In this document: positions 17,215 to 27,257 of the stretch, one piece after another
Layout: each line of letters starts with the position of its first letter
Numbering within the stretch: the first letter of the stretch is position 1
Assembly: GCA_965215605.1 (NCBI GenBank)
Contig: OZ244070.1
Span: 896,001 to 960,000, forward strand
Direction: 5' to 3'
DNA from: an uncultured Candidatus Binatia bacterium
GTDB taxonomy: Bacteria; Desulfobacterota; Binatia; UBA9968; JAJDTQ01
DNA: 64,000 nucleotides
Notes under the pieces: generated by a model
Seen by the model: the letters and a program-made list of their open reading frames with translations, nothing else
What the model was told of the DNA's origin: nothing
The model's database searches: none
Made by a program: the position numbers and the translations under genes

Positions 17215-18315
17215 CTATTTGATGCCCATCAGCCTCTTGAGCAGCTTCTCGCCGTCGGGCGTCAGCGACTGGTACCGCTTGAGCCCGTCGTTGAAGTCTT
17301 CGGCCGTGCCGAGCGCGACCTCGTAGCCCGCGACCCCCGCGGCCTTCAGGAATCCGGCGTCCTTGGTGGTCGCCTCGAAGGCATTCTTCCACGCGTTGTA
17401 CATGTCATCCGGCACCTTGGGCTGAAGCACGTAGATCCGGCTGAACGTGTTGAACCGCTGGGCCACGAGAAAAGCGTTCTGTTGCTCCTCGGTGGACTTC
17501 ACCACGTCGAACAGGTGCGGCACCTTGGTGGCGCCGAGCTTGCCGGTCCAGTCCTTGGAAGGCTCCTTCTCCCACCAGAAGATGGGCGCCACCTTCTTGT
17601 CGGTGACCCATTTCGGGAACAGCCGCGGCACGTTCTCCTCGACGCAACGGTCGACGCTTTCCACCTCGTCCCGGTCGAAGGCCGCCATGATCTCCGAGGT
17701 GCCGCCGTAGCCGTAGACCATCTTGACCGGACCGCCCATCTCCATCACGAACTGGGGGCCGATGCCGAAGGCCGCGCCCGGGGCGTTGCCGCCGTTGGTT
17801 ACGGGCGTGCCGCGCTTGACCAGATCCGCATAGGTCGTGCCGATGCTGCGCCGCACGCACCAGATGCGGGGAACCTCGCCCGCGCTGGGGCTTCCCAGCA
17901 CGCGCACGGTCTTGAGGTCGAAGTCGGGCACGTCCTTGCCCGCCAGCTCCCGCTGAACGAACCGCGGATGCAGCAGACCCAACGTCATGCCGTCGGGCTT
18001 GGCCTTCATGGCCCGGCGCAGACCGCGAAGCTGACCCGCTCCCGGAACGTTGCGGACGATGAAGGACGGGTCGCCCGGCAGAAACTTGCCCACGAATCGG
18101 GCCACCAGCCGGGAGAAAGTGTCGTAGCCGCCGCCAGGAGCCGAGCCGACGATGATGTTCACCGGCTTGGACTCGAAGACCTTTTTCAACTCCGCGTCCG
18201 ACCGCTGCGCCCACGCGCCCGAGGGGACCAGCAACGACACCGCCACCACGGCGGTGAAGACGCCGCCGAGGAGTCGGAGCGACTGGCTCTTTCTCTTTAA
18301 CACCTCAAAAAACAT
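17215..18315 (-). CDS. tctC: TctC/Bug family substrate-binding protein
   Basis: Signal peptide, IIVGSAPGGGYD, NVPGAG, KPDG, GYGG. AAGGAGG RBS. Confidence 0.88.
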   Translation of the reverse strand: MFFEVLKRKSQSLRLLGGVFTAVVAVSLLVPSGAWAQRSDAELKKVFESKPVNIIVGSAPGGGYDTFSRLVARFVGKFLPGDPSFIVRNVPGAGQLRGLRRAMKAKPDGMTLGLLHPRFVQRELAGKDVPDFDLKTVRVLGSPSAGEVPRIWCVRRSIGTTYADLVKRGTPVTNGGNAPGAAFGIGPQFVMEMGGPVKMVYGYGGTSEIMAAFDRDEVESVDRCVEENVPRLFPKWVTDKKVAPIFWWEKEPSKDWTGKLGATKVPHLFDVVKSTEEQQNAFLVAQRFNTFSRIYVLQPKVPDDMYNAWKNAFEATTKDAGFLKAAGVAGYEVALGTAEDFNDGLKRYQSLTPDGEKLLKRLMGIK

Positions 18316-18417
18316 GAAAACCTCCTTCGCCAAGTTAATGTTCGTGGAACAGACTAGCCCTCTTAAACCAGCCGGCAGGCTAACACAAGCCCGATCCGAT
18401 GAAAAAAGACTTTTCGG

Positions 18418-19665
18418 TCACGCGGCCGAGCGCGCCGGCGCGGCCAGACCCGCCCGCTTGAGGAGGGACAGCGTCAGCCCGAATGCCAGCGCCCCGATCA
18501 GGCTCACGTACATGCCGCGGTATCCCACCAGCGAAATGACGCCGCCGGAGAGGGCCGACCCCAACCCCGACCCCAGCGGGAAAGCCATGGAAAAGGTCGC
18601 CATGGTGACGCCGCGGCGCTTGGGGTCGCCCCGCTCCATGGCCAGCGCCAGCGTCGTCGAGACCCCCAAAGCGTAGCCGAAGAAATAAAAGGCTCCGGCG
18701 ATCATCATCACGGCGACGTCGGAGGCCAACAGTACCAGGGCGATTCCAGTGATCTCCAGCACGAACGCCGCCGCAACCGCGGGCGCGCGCCCCATCCGGT
18801 CCGACACCCGGCCGAGAAGGGGCCGGCCCACCACGCTGGCCAGTCCGATGGCCACGAAGTACCAGCCGAGGCTCTCGATGCCCACCTCCCGCGCGTAGAG
18901 GACGATGAAGGAATTGAGACCCGACCAGGGCAGGTTCATGCAGAAGAGCAGCAGGGCCGTGAACAGGATTCCGCGGTCGAAGTAAGTGCGCGAGCAGGTC
19001 CGCAGGCGATCACGGATCGTCCTGCTGCGGGCCGGCGCCGGGGTCGGGGCGGCTGGCGGAGCGGCTGGCGGAGCCGGGGCGACCCGCCGCACCCCCCGGC
19101 CGCATACCTGGGCCAGCACGGCCGCCAGCAGCGCCGCGGCGCTGGACACGAAGAACACCGCGGCATAGCCGCCCGCGGGGAGACCGATGATCCACAGCGC
19201 CGCCGGGGGAAAGAACAGCGAGGCGCTGCTCTGTATGCCGGAGTAGTAGCCGCTGGCTTCTCCGCGCCGGTCGGTGGGCACCACCGCGGCCAGGAATGCG
19301 TACCCGCTGGTGTTGATCCCGGCCCAGCAGAAGCCCCGCATGATGTTGGCCGTGAAGGCGCCTTCGACGTTGGGCACCACGAAGATCAGCACCGTCAGGA
19401 AAAGACCGATGCAACTCAGGCTGAGCACCCGGATCTCTCCCCCGGAATCCACCCAGGTGCCCACCAGCGGGCGGATCACCACGCTGGTGGCGCTGAAGCA
19501 CGCCAGCAGCAGCCCGACCATGAAGGGCGAGCTGCCCAGGTGGTCCAGGTAAAGGGGCAGCGTGGGCGTCAGCACCGCGTGATGCCCGTAGGCCAGGAAC
19601 TGGGACGCGCTCAGCAGAATGAACGTGCGCGTCCAGAAACTCGGCCTGGCAGCCTGATCCGGCAT
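18418..19665 (-). CDS. MFS transporter
   Basis: 12-TM pattern, GRVSDRMGR motif A, RRGEASG. Confidence 0.88.
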   Translation of the reverse strand: MPDQAARPSFWTRTFILLSASQFLAYGHHAVLTPTLPLYLDHLGSSPFMVGLLLACFSATSVVIRPLVGTWVDSGGEIRVLSLSCIGLFLTVLIFVVPNVEGAFTANIMRGFCWAGINTSGYAFLAAVVPTDRRGEASGYYSGIQSSASLFFPPAALWIIGLPAGGYAAVFFVSSAAALLAAVLAQVCGRGVRRVAPAPPAAPPAAPTPAPARSRTIRDRLRTCSRTYFDRGILFTALLLFCMNLPWSGLNSFIVLYAREVGIESLGWYFVAIGLASVVGRPLLGRVSDRMGRAPAVAAAFVLEITGIALVLLASDVAVMMIAGAFYFFGYALGVSTTLALAMERGDPKRRGVTMATFSMAFPLGSGLGSALSGGVISLVGYRGMYVSLIGALAFGLTLSLLKRAGLAAPARSAA

Positions 19666-19722
19666 GAAGGTTCGGTGGTCCGGCTCGGAATCGTTAGCGA
19701 AGGGGTGTGGCCGCCGGCGCCA

Positions 19723-20550
19723 TCAACCGTGGCGCTGCACCCAGGACAGGATCACGTCGTTGGTGAGTTCCGGGTCCTGCCAGAAGAACCCGTGGGTCTG
19801 TCCCTCCAACACCTTCAACTCGGCGCCGGGGATACGGTCCGCCAACACCTGGGCCTGGGCCACGTGGTTGCTCCCCACGGTGTCGCCGTCGCCGATGAGC
19901 ACCATGGTCGGGCACTGGACGTCCTGGAGACGATGGGTGCCCTCGAAGCTGTGGCGCGCCATGACCAGGTGGACGAACTCCGGCAGCTTGGCGTGGGTCT
20001 CCCAGGCGAGCTTGAAGAAGTCCTCCACCTCGGCGCGGTGGCTGGCCCGGTAATCGGCGGTGAAGAAGGTATCGGAGTCGACGATCTCGTCGCGGACGAA
20101 CTTCTCGAAGCCCATCTCCACCAACTCATAGACGAGTTGGTGCGGCAGCCCCGGGACGCAGTCCGGCCCGGCCCGGCCCGCGGTGCCGGAGCCCGCGGCC
20201 GCCATGATCAGGCTCTTGATGCGGCCGGGAAAGTTCTGGGCCAGCGACAATGCGATGCGCCCTCCCATGGAGTGGCCGATGAAGTGCGCCGAGGGGCATC
20301 CGATATGGTCCATCAACGCCACGATGTCCATGGCCATGAGCTCGATGGTGTAGACGCTCTGCTGCGCCACCGACCGCCCGCAACCGCGCGGATCGTGAAA
20401 GATCAGGTTCAGGGAATCCGCCAGCGGCATCTGCGAGGGCTTCCAGACCTCGCCCGAATAGGCGGTGGAGGGCACGAAGATCAGGGCCTCGCCCTGTCCG
20501 TGGGTCTCGTAATAGAGGTCGACGCCGGTGGACAGTTTCACGCTTGGCAT
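19723..20550 (-). CDS. Alpha/beta hydrolase
   Basis: DPRGCGRS, GHSMGG nucleophile elbow, C-terminal His. Confidence 0.88.
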   Translation of the reverse strand: MPSVKLSTGVDLYYETHGQGEALIFVPSTAYSGEVWKPSQMPLADSLNLIFHDPRGCGRSVAQQSVYTIELMAMDIVALMDHIGCPSAHFIGHSMGGRIALSLAQNFPGRIKSLIMAAAGSGTAGRAGPDCVPGLPHQLVYELVEMGFEKFVRDEIVDSDTFFTADYRASHRAEVEDFFKLAWETHAKLPEFVHLVMARHSFEGTHRLQDVQCPTMVLIGDGDTVGSNHVAQAQVLADRIPGAELKVLEGQTHGFFWQDPELTNDVILSWVQRHG

Positions 20551-20762
20551 GGATTCTCTCCTCCTTGGGGAGCCGGTCTGCAGATCCTCCCGTCTCCGTG
20601 CCCCCTTATTACATGGATTCACGATTTCCCGCTAACGGCTTGCCTCCGGCGACTTGACAGGTATAGCTCAAATTGGACATATGCACTGTTCACATGCTCA
20701 CGCGGGACGCATGGGAGGCGTCCGCGGTGGGCTCCCGGGCCTCCCGGGTTCGACACAACACC

Positions 20763-23636
20763 ATGGGCAAGGCACTGATCATCGCGGAGAAGCCGTCGGT
20801 GGCCGCCGACGTGGCCAGGGCGCTGGGCGGCTTCAAACGGCACCCGGACTACTACGAGAGCGACGACTACGTGCTGTCGTCGGCGGTCGGGCACCTGCTG
20901 GAGCAAACTCCGCCGGACGGAGTGGAGGCGAAGCGCGGCAAGTGGAGCTTCGCCAACCTGCCGGTGATACCGCCCTACTTCGATCTCAAGCCGATCCAGA
21001 AGAGCGCATCCCGGCTGAAGACGCTGGTCAAGCTGATCAAACGCAAGGACGTGGACGCCCTGGTCAACGCCTGCGACGCCGGCCGGGAAGGCGAGCTCAT
21101 CTTCCGCAACATCGTCCGCCATGCCAAGGCCAAGAAGCCCATCAAGCGGCTGTGGCTCCAGTCCATGACCCCCGACGCCATCCGCAACGGCTTCGTGGGG
21201 TTGCGCGAGGACGAGGAGATGCAGCCCCTGGCGGACGCCGCCCTGAGCCGCTCCGAGGCCGACTGGCTGGTGGGAATCAACGGCACCCGGGCCATGACCG
21301 CGTTCAACTCCAAGCCCGGGGGATTCTACAAGACCACCGTGGGCCGCGTGCAGACGCCCACCCTGGCCATCGTGGTGGAGCGCGAGGCCGCGATCCGGAG
21401 CTTCAAGGCCGAGCCTTACTGGGAAGTCACCGCCGCGTTCCGTTCGGAAGGCGGCGAGTACCAGGGACGCTGGTTCGACGAGAAGTTCCGAAGAAAGGAC
21501 AGCGAGCCCCACGCCCGCGCCGAGCGGATCTGGGAACAGGCCGCGGCCGAAGCCATCGGTGAGGAGTGCCTGGGCAAGACCGGCACCGCCACCGAGGAGA
21601 GCAAGCCCACCCGGCAGATGCCGCCGCCGCTGTTCGACCTCACGAGCCTTCAGCGCGAGGCCAACGCGCGCTTCGGCCTGAGCGCCAACCGCACCGTGCA
21701 GATCGCCCAGGCCCTGTACGAGCGGCACAAGGTGCTCACCTACCCGCGCACCGACTCCAGGGCCTTGCCGGAAGACTACGTCGGCACGGTCAAGGACTCG
21801 CTCCGGATGCTCAAGGACACCGACTACGCGCCGTTCGCCGGCGCCATCCTGGAGCAGGACTGGGTCCAGCCCAACAAGCGCATCTTCAACAACGCCAAGG
21901 TGTCGGACCACTTCGCCATCATCCCCACCACCGAGGCGCCCAAGCGCCTCAACGAGATCGAGCAAAAGATCTATGACTTGGTGACCCGGCGCTTTCTGGG
22001 TATTTTCTACCCCGCCGCCGAGTTCCTGGAGACCACCCGGATCACCCGGGTGGAGGAGCATGCCTTCAGGACCACCGGCAAGGTCATGGTGAAACCCGGC
22101 TGGCTCGAGGTCCACGGCAGGGACACCCGACCACAGGGCGACGAGGCAACCTTGGCGCCCCTGAGGGTCAATGGGTCCGGCGCCGCGGCCGGCTCCGTCG
22201 TGGACACGGCCGTCCCTGCCGATACCGCCGACGCGCCTGCCGACGCCCGCCGGGTGGAGGTCGAGAACCTCGGCATCGAGGTCAAGGAAAACCAGACCCG
22301 GCCGCCGGCGCGGTTCACCGAGGCCACGCTGCTGGGCGCCATGGAAGGGGCCGGGCGGCTGGTGACGGACGAGGACCTGCGGGCGGCCATGGCCGGCAAG
22401 GGGCTCGGCACCTCCGCCACCCGGGCATCCATCATCGAGGGGCTTCTCGACGAAGACTACATCATCCGGGAAGGCAAGGAGCTTCAGGCCACCTCCAAGG
22501 CCTTCATGCTCATGGAGTTGCTGAACGGTCTCGGCGTACGGGAGCTCACCCGCCCCGAGCTCACGGGGAACTGGGAGTACCAGCTCTTCCAGATGCAGGG
22601 AGGAAAGAAGAGCCGCGACGAGTTCATGGGCGAGATCGCCCAGATGACCCGGCAGATCGTGGACCGGGCGCGGCAGTACGAGCACGACACCATCCCGGGC
22701 GACTTCGGCTCCCTCTCGGTACCTTGCCCCAAGTGCAAGGGCGAGGTGCACGAGCGCTACCGGAACTTCCAGTGCGTGAGCTGCGACGTCAGCCTGCCCA
22801 AGATCCTGGCGGGACGGCTGCTGAGCGCCGAGGAGACCGCGGCGCTGATCGAGCACGGCCAGATCGGCCCGCTGCAAGGATTTCGCAGCCGTCAGGGGCG
22901 GCCGTTCGCCGCCGTGCTGAAGCTCTCCCCCGAATACCGGATCGCCTTCGATTTCGGCAACGAGCCACGGGACGGGGAGGCCGACCCGGGCGCGGATTTC
23001 ACCGGCCAGGAACCCCTGGGGCAGTGCCCCCGGGGCGACGGACGGGTGTTCGAGCTGCCCATGCGCTACGTGTGCGAAAACGCCGTGGGCGACGCGCGCA
23101 CGTGCGAGTTCAGCTCCGGCAGGATCATCCTCCGGCAGGAGGTGGCGCGGGAGCAGATGGTCAAGCTACTGAAAGAGGGCAAGACCGATCTGCTGACGGG
23201 TTTCGTCTCGTCGCGCACCGGCCGGCCGTTCAAGGCGTTCCTGGTGATGCAGGAAGGAAAGGTGGGGTTCGAGTTCGAGCCGCGGCCCGCCAGGAAGAAC
23301 GCCCAGGCCGCCCGCGACAAGCCCGCGGTCAAGGCGGACTTCTCGGGTCGGGAGCCCTTGGGCAAGTGTCCCCGTTGCGGCAGCCGGATCTTCGAGTGGG
23401 ACTCGCAGTACCTGTGCGAGACATTCCAGGCCGAGAAAAAGCCTTGCCGTTTCAAGGCCGGCACGGTGATCCTGGAGCAGCCCCTGGACCGCGCCCAGAT
23501 CGCCAAGCTGCTGGCCGGGGGCAAGACCGATCTCCTGCCGAACTTCATCTCATCCAAATCCGGGCGGCCGTTCGCCGCCTGGCTCGTGCTCGACGACCGC
23601 GGCAAGGTCACATTCGAATTCCCGCCCAGGGAATAG
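20763..23636 (+). CDS. topB: DNA topoisomerase III
   Basis: IAEKPSVA TOPRIM, NACDAGREGELIF, GRVQTPTL, LTYPRTDS (catalytic Tyr), C-terminal Zn/Crpt repeats. Confidence 0.93.
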   Translation: MGKALIIAEKPSVAADVARALGGFKRHPDYYESDDYVLSSAVGHLLEQTPPDGVEAKRGKWSFANLPVIPPYFDLKPIQKSASRLKTLVKLIKRKDVDALVNACDAGREGELIFRNIVRHAKAKKPIKRLWLQSMTPDAIRNGFVGLREDEEMQPLADAALSRSEADWLVGINGTRAMTAFNSKPGGFYKTTVGRVQTPTLAIVVEREAAIRSFKAEPYWEVTAAFRSEGGEYQGRWFDEKFRRKDSEPHARAERIWEQAAAEAIGEECLGKTGTATEESKPTRQMPPPLFDLTSLQREANARFGLSANRTVQIAQALYERHKVLTYPRTDSRALPEDYVGTVKDSLRMLKDTDYAPFAGAILEQDWVQPNKRIFNNAKVSDHFAIIPTTEAPKRLNEIEQKIYDLVTRRFLGIFYPAAEFLETTRITRVEEHAFRTTGKVMVKPGWLEVHGRDTRPQGDEATLAPLRVNGSGAAAGSVVDTAVPADTADAPADARRVEVENLGIEVKENQTRPPARFTEATLLGAMEGAGRLVTDEDLRAAMAGKGLGTSATRASIIEGLLDEDYIIREGKELQATSKAFMLMELLNGLGVRELTRPELTGNWEYQLFQMQGGKKSRDEFMGEIAQMTRQIVDRARQYEHDTIPGDFGSLSVPCPKCKGEVHERYRNFQCVSCDVSLPKILAGRLLSAEETAALIEHGQIGPLQGFRSRQGRPFAAVLKLSPEYRIAFDFGNEPRDGEADPGADFTGQEPLGQCPRGDGRVFELPMRYVCENAVGDARTCEFSSGRIILRQEVAREQMVKLLKEGKTDLLTGFVSSRTGRPFKAFLVMQEGKVGFEFEPRPARKNAQAARDKPAVKADFSGREPLGKCPRCGSRIFEWDSQYLCETFQAEKKPCRFKAGTVILEQPLDRAQIAKLLAGGKTDLLPNFISSKSGRPFAAWLVLDDRGKVTFEFPPRE

Positions 23637-23712
23637 CGCCACCGAATGGCGGCGCGGCCCATGGTAAACTCCCCGTCGGAATCCTCCTCCTCGAATCGGT
23701 AAACGGTTGGCT

Positions 23713-24513
23713 CTACAGGAACTCCCGGATGGCCTTGAAGGACGCGTCCGGGTTGGCGAAGAAATAGCTGTGGCGCTCGCCGGGAAGGAGCACCAGACGG
23801 GCGCCGGGGATGCCGTTGGCGAGGATGTCGGCGGAGGTCCGGTGGTCCATGTCGCTGGTGACGCTGCGGTCGTCCTCCCCCACCAGGATCAGCGTCGGCA
23901 CCGCGATGTCCTTGAGCCGGTGACTGGTGTCGTGCTGCTGGCGGGCGATGACATGGCGGAGGTAGAACTCCGGCGGACACGGCTCGGCCATGCGCACGTC
24001 CAGGTAGTGCTGGATCCGTTCCGGATACTGCTTCGCGAACGCCTCGGTAAAGCCCACGGCCACCGAACTCTCGCTGACGTAGCGTTCGTAGCCCATCTCC
24101 ACCATCTGTGTGGCCAGCTTGAGGGGGATTCCCTTGGTGTCGGGAAAGGACGCGCCGGAGGACGCCAGGATCAGCCTGCTCACCTTTCCCGGGTGGTCCA
24201 GGGCCAAGAGCTGAGCCACCCGGCCGCCCATGGAGTGCCCGCAGACAACGGCATCCTTGGCGCCCACGTGGTCCATGATGGCGGCCGCGTCCTCCGCGAA
24301 CATGTCGGTGGTGTACGGAATGGACGGCTTGCCGGAGCGTCCGGTGCCCCGGTAGTCGAAGGTGATACACTGGTGGTCCCGGGAGAACTCCGGCACCGGA
24401 TACATCTTCCACACCTCGCCGTCGCACGCCGTCTCGCTAATGAAGACGAAGGGACGGCCCTCACCGGCTACCTCGTAGTAGAGCTCTACGTCATCGCGTT
24501 GCAGGAAAGGCAC
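23713..24513 (-). CDS. Alpha/beta hydrolase
   Basis: FDYRGTGRS and GHSMGG. Paralog of 19723-20550. Confidence 0.88.
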   Translation of the reverse strand: MPFLQRDDVELYYEVAGEGRPFVFISETACDGEVWKMYPVPEFSRDHQCITFDYRGTGRSGKPSIPYTTDMFAEDAAAIMDHVGAKDAVVCGHSMGGRVAQLLALDHPGKVSRLILASSGASFPDTKGIPLKLATQMVEMGYERYVSESSVAVGFTEAFAKQYPERIQHYLDVRMAEPCPPEFYLRHVIARQQHDTSHRLKDIAVPTLILVGEDDRSVTSDMDHRTSADILANGIPGARLVLLPGERHSYFFANPDASFKAIREFL

Positions 24514-24590
24514 GTTCGGACCTCCTGTTTTGAAGCTGGATCATGGAGCCGCGTCCGCTCGAGGTGTCCAGGCACCCGGCGGGCGGCGAC

Positions 24591-25667
24591 TCACGATATG
24601 CCGTACAAGGCCGCCGGGTTGTCGTTCAGGATCTTTTCCGCCTGACGGCCGGTGATGAAGCCCTCCTCGCCCATCTCCCTCAACACGCTGAGGGTGCGTA
24701 TCTCGGCGGACTGATCCGCGTGGCTGTAGTCGGTCCCGGCCACGAGATTGTCCTCGCCACAGTGCTGGATGATGTAGGGCAGGTCCTCCACCGTCTGGCA
24801 GGCCACGTAGAACCGGGACTCCTTCAGCAGGTTCCTCGTCAAGTCGAAAGAGAACAACCAGCGGGAACGCTCGTGGCGCGCCCGCAGTTCCGACAGCGCG
24901 AACGGCACCCACGAGGCCATGGCCTCGATGAAACCGACCCTCAACCCGGGAAATTTGGCCGGGACCTCCGCCATGACGAGGGCGGTGAAGGCGTCGATGA
25001 CCGGCGCGGTGATGTTGTGGAGGCTCAGGATCGTGGCGTCGGCGTCGGTGAGCGCCGGGTCGCCCGTGCCGGTGTGGATGCACACGGCCATATCCAGCGC
25101 CTCTGCCTCCCGGTAAAGCGGAAAGAAGTAAGGGTCCCCGGCGCGCTTGTTGCCGCACTCCAGCCCCTTCTTCATCCACCCGCAGGCGCCGTTCTCCCGG
25201 GCGAAGCGCAGTTCCTTCACGGCCTCGTCCAGATCGCCCATGGGGAGAAGACAGACCCAGCGCAGGCGGTTGTCGCTGAGCTTCCAGCGGTCCGCCATCC
25301 AGCGGTTGTAGGCCCTGCGCAGCGCGTGCTCGATGTCGTCCCGGGGACTCCAGCGCAGCAGGAACGTGGTCGGGTAGCACACCTGGACGTCGATCCCCAA
25401 CTCGTCCATGTGACGCAGCCGGGCCGCAACATCCAGCAGTTCCCGGGTCTCCACCGTCGTCTCCGTGCGCTTGTCGTCACGTATGCGGCGCACCAGAAAA
25501 CGGCCGTCCACGCACCAGTAGCGGTTGTAGCCCTGGGGCTGCGTGCCGCCCGAGCTGGCGGGATCCTGCATCACCGTGACCGGGGTGTACCGCTTGTAGG
25601 CCTCGTCGATGTAGGCCCAGGTAGCCTCGGTCTCGTCCACGTGCGCGTCTGCGTCGATGACTGGCAT
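24591..25667 (-). CDS. Amidohydrolase family protein (Amidohydro_2)
   Basis: IDADAHV, CIHTG, GFIEA, GTDYSHAD, ILNDNPAALY. Confidence 0.88.
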   Translation of the reverse strand: MPVIDADAHVDETEATWAYIDEAYKRYTPVTVMQDPASSGGTQPQGYNRYWCVDGRFLVRRIRDDKRTETTVETRELLDVAARLRHMDELGIDVQVCYPTTFLLRWSPRDDIEHALRRAYNRWMADRWKLSDNRLRWVCLLPMGDLDEAVKELRFARENGACGWMKKGLECGNKRAGDPYFFPLYREAEALDMAVCIHTGTGDPALTDADATILSLHNITAPVIDAFTALVMAEVPAKFPGLRVGFIEAMASWVPFALSELRARHERSRWLFSFDLTRNLLKESRFYVACQTVEDLPYIIQHCGEDNLVAGTDYSHADQSAEIRTLSVLREMGEEGFITGRQAEKILNDNPAALYGIS

Positions 25668-25785
25668 GGGCACTACATAGGACTCCTCCGTGACAGGTGT
25701 CAAGCATTCCTCCAAGCCGCAGAGCATGAGTATCGCGAAGCCGCTTCGATGCCCGGGAAGCAAGCGAACGCGGACACGACCCCCG

Positions 25786-27009
25786 TTACACCAGCCCGAC
25801 CGGGACGGCATTGACAGAGTCGTCCAAGGGGACCGGCTGATCACTGAGACACACGACCGCCCCCTCGCCCACCGGTATGTCCAGCCGCCGTAGAGCAGCG
25901 AAGGCGGGCAACCAGGATCTCCTGGGCGAAGCTGATTTCTTGATCTCGACCGGATACAGGGTCCCATCGGCGACGAACAGCAGGTCCACCTCCCTGCCGT
26001 CCTTGTCGCGGTAGTAATATAACTGCGGCCTTCTCCCCCTGTGCCACCAGCTCTTCAGGATCTCGGCCACCACGTGGGTCTCGAAGATGGCTCCCGACAT
26101 GGCTCCGGCCTCCAGGGTCTCGGGGGAAGTCCACTCCGTCAGATACGCGCACAAGCCGGTGTCGAGGAAGTACAGCTTCGGCCGTTTGACCAGACGTTTC
26201 GTGACGTTGGCATGATACGGCTGAAGCAGCTCGACCTGGAGGCTCGCCTGCAGGATCGAGAGCCAGTTTTTCGCGGTGTTGACGCTTACGTCGGCGTCGC
26301 GCGCCAGATCGGACAGATTGAGCATCTGAGCGGTTCGCGCCGCGCATGCCTTTAGAAAGCGGAGGAATGCCATTTCATTGCCGACCTGTGACAGGGCGCG
26401 GAGGTCTCGTTCAAGGTAAGTCTGCAAGTAGGAACTGTAGAACAACTCGCGGTCATGGATCGGGCCGGCAACCAGTCCGGGGAATCCACCAGTCCAGATA
26501 TCGCAGTACACCTCGTCGAGGCCGCTCGCGCGAAGCGCCGGTTGGCGCTCGGCCAGAATGGGCAGCGTCGGCAGAAAAGGAGATACCGCCGCATCGCGTT
26601 GATGTCGCTCGCGGGAGGAGAAGCCCAGCAGGTTGATGATCCCGACCCGACCCGCCAGGGACTCGGAAACGCCCCTCATGGCCTGGAACTGTTGCGACCC
26701 CGTCAGCCAAAACAGCCCCGGCTGGGGGCTGTCGTCCACGATCACCTTGATCAGCGGCAACAGTCCGGGAGCATACTGAATTTCGTCGATGAGCACCGGC
26801 GGCCCGTACCGCTGCAAGAAGAGCGCGGGATCGTCATTTGCCAGATCGCGCAGCACCGGATTGTCGAGGGAGACATAACGACGAGCGTCTTCCGCAACGT
26901 GCCGCAGAAGGGTAGTCTTCCCGACTTGGCGCGGGCCGGTCAGCAGCAGCACGGGGAATTGCCGCGAAACCTCCAGCCAGTACGATTCGAGAGTGCGTGC
27001 GTAGTACAT
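25786..27009 (-). CDS. AAA_14 ATPase with DUF4143 and C-terminal PD-(D/E)xK-like domain
   Basis: GPRQVGKT Walker A, IDEIQ Walker B, LTGS, KLYFLDTGL, EVDL...PVEIK. Confidence 0.88.
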   Translation of the reverse strand: MYYARTLESYWLEVSRQFPVLLLTGPRQVGKTTLLRHVAEDARRYVSLDNPVLRDLANDDPALFLQRYGPPVLIDEIQYAPGLLPLIKVIVDDSPQPGLFWLTGSQQFQAMRGVSESLAGRVGIINLLGFSSRERHQRDAAVSPFLPTLPILAERQPALRASGLDEVYCDIWTGGFPGLVAGPIHDRELFYSSYLQTYLERDLRALSQVGNEMAFLRFLKACAARTAQMLNLSDLARDADVSVNTAKNWLSILQASLQVELLQPYHANVTKRLVKRPKLYFLDTGLCAYLTEWTSPETLEAGAMSGAIFETHVVAEILKSWWHRGRRPQLYYYRDKDGREVDLLFVADGTLYPVEIKKSASPRRSWLPAFAALRRLDIPVGEGAVVCLSDQPVPLDDSVNAVPVGLV

Positions 27010-27058
27010 CGGCCAGTTTGCAATCATACAGCAAAGTAGTCGCCAGAACTACACTCTT

Positions 27059-27110
27059 TGTTAGGGCAAAGCGAAAATGTCCCCTTTTCCACAAAGCGAA
27101 AATGTCCCTT
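27059..27110 (+). mobile_element. Orphan IS end (IS1202/ISNCY-like) with tandem subterminal repeats
   Basis: TGT terminus followed by two copies of CAAAGCGAAAATGTCCC (27067-27083 and 27092-27108). No transposase adjacent. Confidence 0.5.
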
Positions 27111-27257
27111 TCGGGCTACGGCCCCATTGGCTATTGACCGAACTGTCGATTCCGCGAACTCTGCGCCATCTGACCGGCCGGCGTTGGACCACCAAGCCGC
27201 CGCAGTGCTTGACCCCCTCCCCCGTATGGGCTGTATTGTGCCCACGGAGCGAACGAC

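Noticed and set aside
27067-27108. Direct repeat as a CRISPR array
   Set aside because: Only two 17-bp copies with an 8-bp gap, and no cas genes.
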